NCBI GenBank assembly: GCA_965215265.1
Contig: OZ244048.1
Span: forward strand, 1,183,121 to 1,247,120
Length of the DNA: 64,000 bases
Source of the DNA: Candidatus Poribacteria bacterium
Lineage (GTDB): Bacteria; Poribacteria; WGA-4E; WGA-3G
Direction: 5' to 3'
The notes below the pieces were generated by a model. It was not told where the DNA came from and did no database searches. It worked only from the letters and a program-made list of their open reading frames with translations. Below, in pieces: positions 30,346 to 39,477 of this stretch. Position 1 is the stretch's first letter. Each line of letters opens with the position of its first letter. A program made the translations under genes and the position numbers.

Positions 30346-31419
30346 GTGCGGGGACAATTCTTAACGGAGAGATACGAAAACATGACACGCTACACAACCG
30401 TCAGCATCGTTGATGATGCATTTTATATCAACGGAGAAATTACCTATAAAGGACGCTCCTACCAAGGGCATAAGATTGAAGGCTTACTCCTCAATAGCCG
30501 CATGGTGCAAGGGCTCTTTGACGATAGGAATCCGGAGACTGTCCATCGGTGGGAATACCCCGACACCGGCGAATGGGATGCCGAACGAAATACCCGAGAA
30601 TTCCTTGATGCTATGCCGGAATGGCGTTCTTATGGGCTCCTCGCCTTTACTATCAATATTCAAGGCGGAAGCCCGGAGGGCTACTCTAAAGCGCAGCCCT
30701 GGCACAACTCAGGCTTTGAAGTCGATGGGAGTCTCAACCCGGAATACTTGTCTCGACTAGAGCGCATCATCGACCGTGCGGATGAACTCGGCATGGTGGT
30801 AATGCTCGGCTACTTCTACTTCGGGCAGGACCACCGTCTCGCGGATGAGACTGCCGTTATACGCGCCACCGACAACGCAACTCACTGGCTTTTTGACAAA
30901 GGGTATACTAACGTTATCGTTGAGGTTAACAACGAATGCAACGTCCGGTATTCACATGAAATTCTGAGGCCTGAGCGCGTGCATGAGCTCATTGAACGCG
31001 TCAAAGCGACAACACGTGACGACAGAAGATTCCTCACAGGCACGAGTTACGGGGGAGGCAGAGTCCCGTTTGAAAACGTCGTCAGAGCTTCTGATTTTCT
31101 TCTTATCCACGGCAACGGTGTCAGCGATGCGAACCGCATTGTTGAAATGGTACAGCAGACGCGGAACGTGTCCGGATACCGCCCAATGCCCATTCTCTTC
31201 AACGAGGATGACCATTTTGATTTTGACAAACCGTTTAACAACTTTATCGCCGCCGTCAGCCAATACGCTTCGTGGGGGTACTTTGATCCCGGCGAAAATG
31301 ACTATCATCACGGCTATCAGTCCGTACCCGTCCAATGGAAAATCAACACGCCGCGAAAACGCGCTTTTTTCCAGAAGGTACGCGAGATGACTACTGCCCC
31401 ATCATCGCGACTCGGATGA
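30346..31419 (+). CDS. Putative TIM-barrel glycoside hydrolase (clan GH-A-like)
   Basis: VIVEVNNECN (NE acid/base-like) and later NED motifs. Adjacent to the GH3 gene. The start may be the internal Met (MTRYTTV). Confidence 0.4.
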   Translation: MRGQFLTERYENMTRYTTVSIVDDAFYINGEITYKGRSYQGHKIEGLLLNSRMVQGLFDDRNPETVHRWEYPDTGEWDAERNTREFLDAMPEWRSYGLLAFTINIQGGSPEGYSKAQPWHNSGFEVDGSLNPEYLSRLERIIDRADELGMVVMLGYFYFGQDHRLADETAVIRATDNATHWLFDKGYTNVIVEVNNECNVRYSHEILRPERVHELIERVKATTRDDRRFLTGTSYGGGRVPFENVVRASDFLLIHGNGVSDANRIVEMVQQTRNVSGYRPMPILFNEDDHFDFDKPFNNFIAAVSQYASWGYFDPGENDYHHGYQSVPVQWKINTPRKRAFFQKVREMTTAPSSRLG

Positions 31420-31618
31420 ACCGTTACTTTCACACTCGCCGAATGCCATGCGGTATTCGTAGCGTTGACTCAGAATTTTCGTATATTTCAGCCCGATACA
31501 AGGCTGCCCAGTGGGTAGCAGGTAAAAGGTAATTCGAACCTGCCAACACACGAACCATCAAAAGCATAAACGTTGACGGTACGGAGATATACAAAAAAAC
31601 AAAAAAAGGAATCAAGAT

Positions 31619-32383
31619 ATGCCACAAATTTCTCCACTCTATGCCGCTATCGGTATCGGTGTTATCATCATGCTGGCCACGAGCGTTCGTATCCTCAAAG
31701 AGTATGAGCGTGCCGTTATCTTTCGCCTCGGCCGCTTAACAGGGACCCGCGGTCCCGGCCTCGTCCTCATGATCCCATTCTGGATTGAACGCATGCAGCG
31801 CGTCAGTCTTCGCGTCGTCGTCAACGATGTCACGCCGCAAGATGTCATTACCAAAGACAACGTCTCAGTCAGTGTTAACGCAGTGCTTACCTTTCGAGTA
31901 ACGCATCCAGATAAAGCGGTCATTGAGGTAGAAGACTTCGGTTTCGCGATATCTCAAGTAGCACAAACGACTCTCCGGAGCGCGCTCGGCCGCGCTGAAC
32001 TCGACGATCTGCTCTCCGAACGTCAAAAACTCAATCAAGACCTGGAGGACATCATTAAAAGACAGTGCGAACCGTGGGGTATTGAAGTCAGCTCCATGGA
32101 AATTAAGCATGTTGACCTGCCCGCCGAAATGCAACGCGCCATGGCGAAACAGGCAGAAGCAGAGCGCGAACGTCGTGCCAAAATTACGCACGCCCAAGGT
32201 GAATTGGAATCCGCGCACGCTTTAACTGATGCCGCGCAGGTCCTGAGCGAGACACCGACCGCCGTACAGCTCCGATTCCTTCAGGCGTTAGTAGAAGTGA
32301 GTGCAGAGAAAAACTCAACCGTAGTCTTTCCGATTCCGATTGACCTGCTGAGTCCATTTCTTAAGAAAGAGAAGGAGAAATAG
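31619..32383 (+). CDS. SPFH/band-7 (stomatin-like) protein
   Basis: N-terminal TM plus the stomatin core ([10 protein letters not shown]...; [11 protein letters not shown]). Confidence 0.85.
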   Translation: MPQISPLYAAIGIGVIIMLATSVRILKEYERAVIFRLGRLTGTRGPGLVLMIPFWIERMQRVSLRVVVNDVTPQDVITKDNVSVSVNAVLTFRVTHPDKAVIEVEDFGFAISQVAQTTLRSALGRAELDDLLSERQKLNQDLEDIIKRQCEPWGIEVSSMEIKHVDLPAEMQRAMAKQAEAERERRAKITHAQGELESAHALTDAAQVLSETPTAVQLRFLQALVEVSAEKNSTVVFPIPIDLLSPFLKKEKEK

Positions 32384-32569
32384 TAGCCTCCTCGTTAAAA
32401 ACGGCAGTGGCGAGATAGGTATTCTTTGTCTCATGGCAAGATTACCTTTTACTCGCCAGTCACTGGGGCGGCTTTTCCTCATAAGAGAGGAAGGGGCTCC
32501 CCAGCAAAACAAGATGCCTCCAAATTATTTAGTTATGTTGAAGACGATGGAGGCATAAAGAGGTCTGTT

Positions 32570-33754
32570 TTGAAAAAACTCAGTGAAATCCAAGCAGCCC
32601 TGACAGAATTAGGGCTTGATGCGTGGCTCTTATATGATTTTCGGGGGATTAACCCGATTGCACAGAATGTGGCTGGGCTTGCTGAATCGCATATTACCCG
32701 CCGGTGGTTCTGTCTTATTCCTGTGCATGGAGAACCGAGGTGGTTAATTCATCGGATCGAAAAGTCAAATTTCGTTGATGTTCCAGGGCACGTTGCTCTC
32801 TACGCCACTTGGCAGGAACTTCATATAAACATGACATCTTTGCTCTCTGATGTTACAAAGATAGCAATGGAATACTCCCCGAATGCGTCAATCCCTTATA
32901 TCTCTCGGGTTGATGGTGGCACCTTGGAGTGGCTCCGCTCGTTTGGTGTATCAGTTTGCACATCTGCAGAATTAGCACAGCGGGTTGAGGCACGGTTGAG
33001 CAAAGCACAGGTTTTAAGTCATGAATCCGCAGCACGGTTGGTTTTGTCTGCGAAAGATAAGGCGTTTGAATGCATCGGCACGCAGCTACGTGCCGGTAAA
33101 CAAATTAGCGAATATGACGTTCAACAGTTCCTTCTTCAAAGGTTTGATGAATCGGAACTTATCACCGACCACCCGCCGATTGTCGCTGTCAATGCGAACA
33201 GCAGCAATCCGCATTATGCCCCCACATCATCCCATACCACCCCGATTAAAACCGGTGATTTTATTTTAATAGATCTGTGGGCGAAACAGAAGCAGCCAGA
33301 TGCTATTTTCGCAGACACAACATGGGTAGCTTATGCAGGAACAAACGTCCCACAGCAATATTTTGAGATTTTTGAGATTGTGAAGGAAGCACGTGATCGG
33401 GGGGTGGCGTTCATTCGTCAAAAATGGGAAGGGACAGAACCCGTTTACGGTTACGCTGTAGATGACTGCGTTCGGGGGTATATTAACGAAAAAGGATATG
33501 GGCAGTTCTTCATTCACCGTACAGGCCATAACATCGGCACGGTTATCCACGGGAACGGTGTGAATTTAGATAATTTGGAGACGCGTGACGAGCGCGAGTT
33601 GATACCGGGTGTCTGCTTTTCGATAGAGCCCGGTATCTACCTTACTGAATTCGGTGTCCGGACTGAGATTGACGTTTTCTTAGGCGATCGAGGGAAAGAC
33701 GGCGTAAGAGTGACAACCTCTCCCGTTCAAAATCAGGTATTACCGTTGCTGTAA
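32570..33754 (+). CDS. M24-family metallopeptidase (Xaa-Pro aminopeptidase-like)
   Basis: Creatinase-N-like N-terminus and M24 C-terminus (HRTGHNIGTVIHG). The ORF is open from 32426, but its 5' end overlaps an intergenic repeat. Proposed start is TTG 32570 after AAGAGG. Confidence 0.7.
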   Translation: MKKLSEIQAALTELGLDAWLLYDFRGINPIAQNVAGLAESHITRRWFCLIPVHGEPRWLIHRIEKSNFVDVPGHVALYATWQELHINMTSLLSDVTKIAMEYSPNASIPYISRVDGGTLEWLRSFGVSVCTSAELAQRVEARLSKAQVLSHESAARLVLSAKDKAFECIGTQLRAGKQISEYDVQQFLLQRFDESELITDHPPIVAVNANSSNPHYAPTSSHTTPIKTGDFILIDLWAKQKQPDAIFADTTWVAYAGTNVPQQYFEIFEIVKEARDRGVAFIRQKWEGTEPVYGYAVDDCVRGYINEKGYGQFFIHRTGHNIGTVIHGNGVNLDNLETRDERELIPGVCFSIEPGIYLTEFGVRTEIDVFLGDRGKDGVRVTTSPVQNQVLPLL

Positions 33755-34490
33755 CCTGATAATTGCGTTTCTTAAGTTCATTGAGTATGTGTCCGAGATA
33801 AATTCTGGCGTTGATTATCCATTGCTCGGCATAACTCCGGGCAAGGATAGGGAGTGCTGTTGCAAGCCGTGGGGCGCTAAGCAACCACTGCTCTGCATAA
33901 GCAGCGTATTCCATATCCACAAGTCCAACGCTTCCGATTGAAAATCGGACATACTGTTTATCGTCTCGTGTTTCCAGATTCAGTTCCAGTGGTGTTTCAA
34001 GCGTCAGCCGTTTTGTTCCATCAATTTCAAGTATCCAGAAAAAGTAATCTTCATTATGTGCGAGGTATCCGATTTCGACCTGAAGCCGGTGGTTTACTTC
34101 TGTTGAGATTGGAATAGCTGCCATGTCGCGTTTGACCAAGAACGGATAGATAGCAGCGAAAAAGATTTGCTCAAATCCGCGCGGTAGGTTTGCATGGTTG
34201 AGGGTGTTGAGGAGAATCTGTTGTTCTTCAGGCTTCTGAAGTTCTAAGCAACTGGTTGCAAAAATCTCGTCCCGAAGGGCGCGCATCTCAACTGTGGCAT
34301 TTGTGTCAAGCGGTATGAGTTGTTCACGCATTTTTAGGATGCGGCGGCGTTTTGGCGAGATCCGCCAAAGTACCCAGTGTACCCACATTTGCCAAGTTTC
34401 TTTCGCGAGAATTTGCCACAATACGGCTTTCATGATGAGAAATCCGCGTTGAAAGAGATTTTCGTGAGTGAGGTTCGGTTGTTGGTTCAT
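33642..34490 (-). CDS. Hypothetical protein
   Basis: 282-aa ORF. Its 3' end overlaps the convergent M24 gene by ~110 nt. Confidence 0.35.
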   Translation of the reverse strand: MNQQPNLTHENLFQRGFLIMKAVLWQILAKETWQMWVHWVLWRISPKRRRILKMREQLIPLDTNATVEMRALRDEIFATSCLELQKPEEQQILLNTLNHANLPRGFEQIFFAAIYPFLVKRDMAAIPISTEVNHRLQVEIGYLAHNEDYFFWILEIDGTKRLTLETPLELNLETRDDKQYVRFSIGSVGLVDMEYAAYAEQWLLSAPRLATALPILARSYAEQWIINARIYLGHILNELKKRNYQVTATVIPDFERERLSLLRRLSLDRLRKRQSQSGHRIQ

Positions 34491-34508
34491 GGTGTACTGT
34501 AATTTTTT

Positions 34509-34537
34509 TTGACTTTTAGCTGAAAATGTGTTAGTAT
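34509..34537 (+). promoter_or_regulatory. Sigma70-like promoter for tRNA-Leu
   Basis: TTGACT-17 nt-TAGTAT, about 14 nt upstream of the tRNA 5' end. Confidence 0.5.
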
Positions 34538-34550
34538 ATTATAGATTGAA

Positions 34551-34635
34551 AAATGCCGGAGTGGTGAAATCGGTAGACGCACTGGACTCAAAATCCAGCG
34601 GGCCCTAGGTCCATGTCGGTTCGAGTCCGACCTCC
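34551..34635 (+). tRNA. tRNA-Leu (anticodon CAA), class II with long variable arm, no encoded CCA
   Basis: Acceptor gccggag/ctccggc, anticodon loop ctCAAaa, long variable arm, T-arm gtcggttcgagtccgac. Confidence 0.9.
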
Positions 34636-34644
34636 GGCATCCGG

Positions 34645-34672
34645 CATCAAAGGGACAGTGCTTGTACTGTCC
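34645..34672. terminator. Hairpin terminator after the tRNA (also 3' of the convergent isomerase gene)
   Basis: aaagggacag-tgcttgta-ctgtcccttt followed by a T-rich stretch. Confidence 0.45.
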
Positions 34673-34681
34673 CTTTCGTCT

Positions 34682-35473
34682 TTACATTTGGGTGATTTTG
34701 TGCATCCGCCGGGCCATATCAATTTGCACCTCGCGAGCCCCACTGACTTCATGAATGACATAACCGTCGTATCCGATGGTTCTAAACGCTTGCATCACAA
34801 CAGGCCAATCTGTGTCGCCTTCTAACAATTTGACGAACTGATGCCCCCCTCTCGAAAAGTCCTTGAAGTGGACGCATTTGATGCGCTCACCGAGCTCTAG
34901 GATCCAATGTTCAGTGTAACCGTAAGCCATCATGTTTGCGGTGTCCAGATAGGTGCCGACCCAATCGCTGTCAACTTCGTCCACAATTTCACGCATCTCC
35001 TTGGGGCTGAGTAGAAATTTGTTCCAGACGTTTTCCAATCCAATGGCAACTTGATGGGCTTCAGCTTCCGGTGCGAGCTCCCTTAAAACTCCTACGAGGT
35101 TATCCCAAACCGCTTGATATGTGCCTTCAGGGGTGAGTTGTCCGGGGGCCAACAAAATTGTGCCGACTTTGAGTACACCTGCTACCGCGATGCCACGGGC
35201 AAGGGAACGTTTTCCTTTTTCGCGGACTGTCGAATCGAGACTGAGCAGATTGCCGCCGTTGGCGTATCCGGCAGTAATACTGCTGATTTCAATACCAGCC
35301 GCACCGCAGGTATCGGCGATGCCTTGAAGTTCTGCCTCGCTCATGTTGATGTCAGTATCTTTGCCTTCCCTGAAAGTCAGTTCAACAGCATCATAACCTG
35401 CTTCCCGACAGAGGTCCAGTGTATCAGTTAACGACATATTTCCGAGAATAATCTGTGTAACCCCTATCTTCAT
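34682..35473 (-). CDS. Sugar phosphate isomerase/epimerase (xylose isomerase-like TIM barrel)
   Basis: Family-typical layout and motifs. Start chosen at MKIGVTQ with AAGGAG RBS (the ORF track extends to 35545). Confidence 0.7.
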   Translation of the reverse strand: MKIGVTQIILGNMSLTDTLDLCREAGYDAVELTFREGKDTDINMSEAELQGIADTCGAAGIEISSITAGYANGGNLLSLDSTVREKGKRSLARGIAVAGVLKVGTILLAPGQLTPEGTYQAVWDNLVGVLRELAPEAEAHQVAIGLENVWNKFLLSPKEMREIVDEVDSDWVGTYLDTANMMAYGYTEHWILELGERIKCVHFKDFSRGGHQFVKLLEGDTDWPVVMQAFRTIGYDGYVIHEVSGAREVQIDMARRMHKITQM

Positions 35474-35709
35474 TTTTTCTCCTTTTCGGTGTAGAATTGA
35501 TTGGCTGTCAATGCCTGGAGGTAGAGGTATCGGGTTTCGAGACATTGTGGACAGCGCAATTCGACGTAATATTTATCGTTAACGACAGCATCAATCCAGG
35601 TATCCGCTGTTGTACTGCCTAAAAACTGGTCAAGTACCTGATATTCTTGCTGACAATCGGGGCAGATTTGCAAATCGTGCCCGATATCAATTTTGTCCAA
35701 CCAACTCAT
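35470..35709 (-). CDS. Small zinc-ribbon protein
   Basis: CPDC...CPQC pairs. ATGA overlap with the downstream isomerase gene. Confidence 0.35.
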   Translation of the reverse strand: MSWLDKIDIGHDLQICPDCQQEYQVLDQFLGSTTADTWIDAVVNDKYYVELRCPQCLETRYLYLQALTANQFYTEKEKK

Positions 35710-35719
35710 TTTTATCGAA

Positions 35720-37000
35720 TTAGATGAGAAATTGCTCAACCGCCTTGAGATATCTACTAGGCATACGTGCTTGGACGTGAACGGATTCGGTTGTGTACTC
35801 GGTTTGAATCACTGTACCGTGCTTGTAGAGCAGATCCAAGGTTTTTCCATCTGTATAAGGGATACCAAGGTGTATAGTGATTAAGTGTGCTGCAAAACGT
35901 TCTGCCAATGCTTCGGTTAGTTTCTCAATACCGTCCCCTCGTTGTGCGGAAATAGGGATTGCGTCCGGATAGCGGCTTCGAATGACTTGGATTTTCTCTA
36001 CGGTTTTGAGCCTGTCAATTTTATTCAGTGCCATCACGGTAGGGAGCTCGGTTGCCTCCAATTCGGCGAGGACTTGGTTGACAGCATCAATCTGTGCCTC
36101 TGCTTCCGGATGACTCACATCGATGACGTGTATTAACAGATCTGCTTCTGCGACTTCTTCCAATGTTGCCTTGAATGCGGCGACGAGTTGGTGTGGCAGC
36201 TTCTTGATAAATCCGACGGTATCGCTCAAAAGCATCTGCTGGTTTTGTGGGAGATTTACTTTCCGCGTGGTTGAGTCAAGTGTTGCAAACAATTTGTTCT
36301 CAGCAAGGACGTTTTCGCCGGTAAGTGTATTGAAGAGGGTTGACTTTCCTGCATTGGTGTATCCGACGAGTGAAACGTTGATTTTTTCGTCACGATTGCG
36401 CCGCTGTACGCATCGCCGCTTTTCAACCTTGTCAAGTGCTTTTCTGACTTGCGAGATGTCCCGGCGTATCCAACGTCTGTCAATTTCGAGTTGGGTTTCC
36501 CCGGGTCCGCGCAGGTATCCACCGCCGCTGCCACCTGTTCCGAGTCGGGAGAGGTGCTTCCACATACGGGTTAGCCGCGGAAGTGCATATTCCAACTGTG
36601 CCAAAGCGACCTGGAGACTAGCTGCCTTTGTCTGCGCGCGTTGCGCGAAGACCTGGAGGATGAGCCCCGTTCTGTCAATGACAGTAGTATCAAGCGCGAT
36701 TTCTACATTTCGCGTTTGCGCCGGTGACATTTCTTCGTCAAAAATAATTGCATCGGCTTCAAGTTCAGTAACTAACGTCTTAAGTTCCTCAACCTTGCCT
36801 GCTCCAATAAAGTAGGTAGGATTCGGCAGATTACGGGACTGAATTGTTTCACAAACCGCTTGGATGCCAGCGGTTTCAGTGAGTTGGCGCAATTCAGATA
36901 AGGATTCCTCGGTTTCGTGCATCAAGGTATCGCGAAGCTTTACACCTACTAAGATTGCGCGTGACGGAGGATTTGGAGCCCGGGTATCGTAAAGTTGCAT
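35720..37000 (-). CDS. hflX: GTPase HflX
   Basis: G1 GYTNAGKST, G3 DTVGF, G4 NKID plus the HflX N-terminal domain. Start at MQLYDTR with AAGGAGG RBS. Confidence 0.9.
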   Translation of the reverse strand: MQLYDTRAPNPPSRAILVGVKLRDTLMHETEESLSELRQLTETAGIQAVCETIQSRNLPNPTYFIGAGKVEELKTLVTELEADAIIFDEEMSPAQTRNVEIALDTTVIDRTGLILQVFAQRAQTKAASLQVALAQLEYALPRLTRMWKHLSRLGTGGSGGGYLRGPGETQLEIDRRWIRRDISQVRKALDKVEKRRCVQRRNRDEKINVSLVGYTNAGKSTLFNTLTGENVLAENKLFATLDSTTRKVNLPQNQQMLLSDTVGFIKKLPHQLVAAFKATLEEVAEADLLIHVIDVSHPEAEAQIDAVNQVLAELEATELPTVMALNKIDRLKTVEKIQVIRSRYPDAIPISAQRGDGIEKLTEALAERFAAHLITIHLGIPYTDGKTLDLLYKHGTVIQTEYTTESVHVQARMPSRYLKAVEQFLI

Positions 37001-37132
37001 AGAGACCTCCTTGTAAATATTAGATATATAGTTTATCATGTGCATGTTCTGTTTTCAACTAAAATCCGTTTCGTAAAAAAATCGTAAATTCCGACGTTTT
37101 TTGTTGCATACTACTTAATATCTATGTTATAA

Positions 37133-37606
37133 TTGAAATATATTGTGAAAACTGTTAAAAAAACCACTCAGAATTCTGTGATAACTGTTAATCGTAAGGC
37201 GCGTTTTGACTACCATTTGCAAGAACGGTATGAAGTAGGTATTGTTTTGCAAGGCACAGAGGTGAAGGCGATTCGTGCGGGGCAGTTCAATCTTACTGAT
37301 AGTTACGCTCGAATTAGCGAAGGCGAGATATTTCTTATAGATGCGCATATCGGGTTGTATAAACACGGCAACCGTGCAAATCATGAACCGAAACGTCCGA
37401 GGAAGCTGCTGCTGCACCGGCGGGAAATCAAGAAGCTTGACCGCTCGATCCGTTCAAAAGGGACGACTCTCGTGCCAACACGTGCTTATTTTAGTAATGG
37501 AAAGGTTAAGGTGGAATTAGCAGTAGCAATCGGTAGGAGGCTGTACGATAAGCGAGATCAGCTCCAGAACGAAGCAGCCGCGCAACAGATTCGGGAATAC
37601 CGTTAA
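37133..37606 (+). CDS. smpB: SsrA-binding protein SmpB
   Basis: Full-length SmpB similarity (NRKARFDY...LQGTEVKA...KLLLHRREI). An alternative GTG start lies at 37145. Confidence 0.9.
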   Translation: MKYIVKTVKKTTQNSVITVNRKARFDYHLQERYEVGIVLQGTEVKAIRAGQFNLTDSYARISEGEIFLIDAHIGLYKHGNRANHEPKRPRKLLLHRREIKKLDRSIRSKGTTLVPTRAYFSNGKVKVELAVAIGRRLYDKRDQLQNEAAAQQIREYR

Positions 37607-37795
37607 GGGGTATTGGCTTGTCAGTGCAAAAACGGTTTTACTAGAAAACGATTTCTGTCCGGGTATGCCTAAGGTGCTGCGTTCTTTAATTTTATGGGCA
37701 CAGTGTTCCTAAGACGGTTTTTCAAAAATTCAGTATGGATGCTAAAAGTCTCGCAAAGTGAACGCGTTTTCAGCGTAAGGTAAGACTGAAAAATC

Positions 37796-38145
37796 GGGGG
37801 TGAAAAGGTTTCGACGAAGGTAGATGAGATATAGGTTGCATGCCGAGGACTCCGCAGGCCTCGTTAAATTGGCGGAACAACTATAATTGCTGATGAAGAA
37901 TTAGCACTAGCTGCTTAATGCGGCTACGCTTTGCCGACTTGCTGCCCGTCAGGGAAGCAAAAGCGTCGCAATACGGGCTAGTAGTTCGTCTTTTCTCAAG
38001 GAACGAGCTGCGAACCATAACTTGAGATAGCCTATTGTGAGACGTGCACAAGCGTGTCTGATAGGTGAATTTTAAACTTGTGATAAGCATGTAGTAGCCT
38101 CTATTGAAATGCTTTCGGACGCGGGTTCGACTCCCGCCACCTCCA
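37796..38145 (+). ncRNA. ssrA: tmRNA (ssrA), ~350 nt
   Basis: 5' gggggtgaaaaggtttcgacg. tRNA-like 3' end ggacgcgggttcgactcccgccacctcca. Internal tag ORF ...ADEELALAA-taa. Lies immediately downstream of smpB. Confidence 0.85.
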
Positions 38146-38170
38146 CTTCCTACTCGGGGCATGGATAGAA

Positions 38171-38578
38171 ATGGCTGAGTTTGAGAACTTACCAGAGCGT
38201 GTCCAAAAACTAATTAACACCGAATTGATATCGGATGAACGGTTCTGTTTTTGCACACTGGGCCGTTCCACACTCTTAAGTCCTGATTTTGTTGTGCTGA
38301 CGACCCACCGTCTGCTGGTAGTCGATGAGCGGCAGATAGGCATTCTCAGCATTTCCTACGCGAATATTCGATGTAACGTTCTGTTTACAGAGATAAAAGC
38401 GGTGCGCCTTGTTTTTGACCTGAGACACCGGCTCCTGGGGCAAGCGTGTCTTGAAATTGAAGTTGCACGTCAACTCTATCTATTAGATAATCTCAATGTA
38501 CGGGAAGCGAAGCGGGTTCAAGCGTTCATCGCTGCCCGTACCTATGTTACTGAAACCGGGAGTTCTTCTATTCAATAG
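38171..38578 (+). CDS. Hypothetical protein, bacterial PH-domain-like
   Basis: 135 aa, LTTHRLLVVDERQ-type pattern. First gene after ssrA. Confidence 0.35.
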   Translation: MAEFENLPERVQKLINTELISDERFCFCTLGRSTLLSPDFVVLTTHRLLVVDERQIGILSISYANIRCNVLFTEIKAVRLVFDLRHRLLGQACLEIEVARQLYLLDNLNVREAKRVQAFIAARTYVTETGSSSIQ

Positions 38579-38678
38579 GGGTACGGCAGCACTACTATGC
38601 TTCCTTGTAGTACACTTTACCAAGTGTCAAGCATGCTTGAAAAGCAACGCCTGATTTCATAGAAGGGCATTTAAAACC

Positions 38679-39401
38679 ATGCTTTCGTATCTGGAATATT
38701 TCCTTGCTTCTTATAATGTTTGGTTCACAGCCCCTCTTTTTATTGTCTTCTTATTTGCGCTCTTTCGGTTATTTATGGGTGGGTTAGATTTTGGTAGCGC
38801 GGAGGGGGATGCTGACGTAGACGCGGATATAGACATAGATGCGGATGTTGACGTAGACGCAGATATAGACATAGATGCGGATGTGGATGCGGATATGGAT
38901 GCGGATGCGGATGCAAATGGGGAGCCTGGTAGTGCCTGGGTTGATGTATTGGGATTTTTGAACGTTGGCCGGGCTCCAGTGATGGTTGTACTCATGTCTA
39001 TTTTTGCAATATGGGGCATTTCCGGCTTGATTGCAAATGGGTTGTTTAATGTTACGGCAAATCCGCAGTGGTTTTGGGCTTCGTGTGTGGTTGCCTTTCT
39101 ATGTAGTTTTGTAGGCACGCGCTACCTCACCTTGGGGGTTTCCAAACTCTTTCCGGAAAGCGAACCGGCCGTTAGGGATATTCAATTGCTCGGTTTAAGC
39201 GGGCGTGTAATTAGCGGTCAAATAACAACGACTTTTGGAACAGTGCGTGTGCATGTTCCAGGTGGGCCAGTATTAACAGTCAATTGCCATATGAAAACGG
39301 GCGAAGAGATGCCGGTGAAAGGGGATACTGTGATACTTGTCAACTATAACAGTGAAAAACGGATTTTTGAGGTAAAAAAAACTGAAGCAGAAATAGGGTA
39401 A
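38679..39401 (+). CDS. NfeD/YqiJ-like membrane protein with acidic D-A-D-[VI] repeat tract
   Basis: N-terminal TM, Asp-rich tandem repeat, further TM helices and C-terminal OB-like domain. Paired with a flotillin-like gene as in yqiJ-yqiK. Confidence 0.55.
   Translation: MLSYLEYFLASYNVWFTAPLFIVFLFALFRLFMGGLDFGSAEGDADVDADIDIDADVDVDADIDIDADVDADMDADADANGEPGSAWVDVLGFLNVGRAPVMVVLMSIFAIWGISGLIANGLFNVTANPQWFWASCVVAFLCSFVGTRYLTLGVSKLFPESEPAVRDIQLLGLSGRVISGQITTTFGTVRVHVPGGPVLTVNCHMKTGEEMPVKGDTVILVNYNSEKRIFEVKKTEAEIG
38812..38925 (+). repeat. In-frame tandem repeat (36-nt units plus 6-nt sub-repeats) encoding (DADV/DIDI)n
   Basis: gacgtagacgcRgatatagacatagatgcggatgt appears twice, followed by gatgcggat iterations. 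Confidence 0.7.
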
Positions 39402-39477
39402 CGTCTGAAGTATTTTTCTTTTATTGATTATATAAAGATCGTTTAGGATTTTTGATGCAGCTTCACTATTTTCATAG

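Noticed and set aside
37881-38352. Two minus-strand ORFs (93 and 83 aa)
   Set aside because: They lie entirely within the tmRNA gene (ssrA), which explains the sequence conservation here.
38711-39118. 135-aa minus-strand ORF with SAS/TSA repeats
   Set aside because: It is the mirror frame of the Asp-rich repeat tract of the NfeD/YqiJ-like gene. The plus-strand gene has TM helices and partner context.
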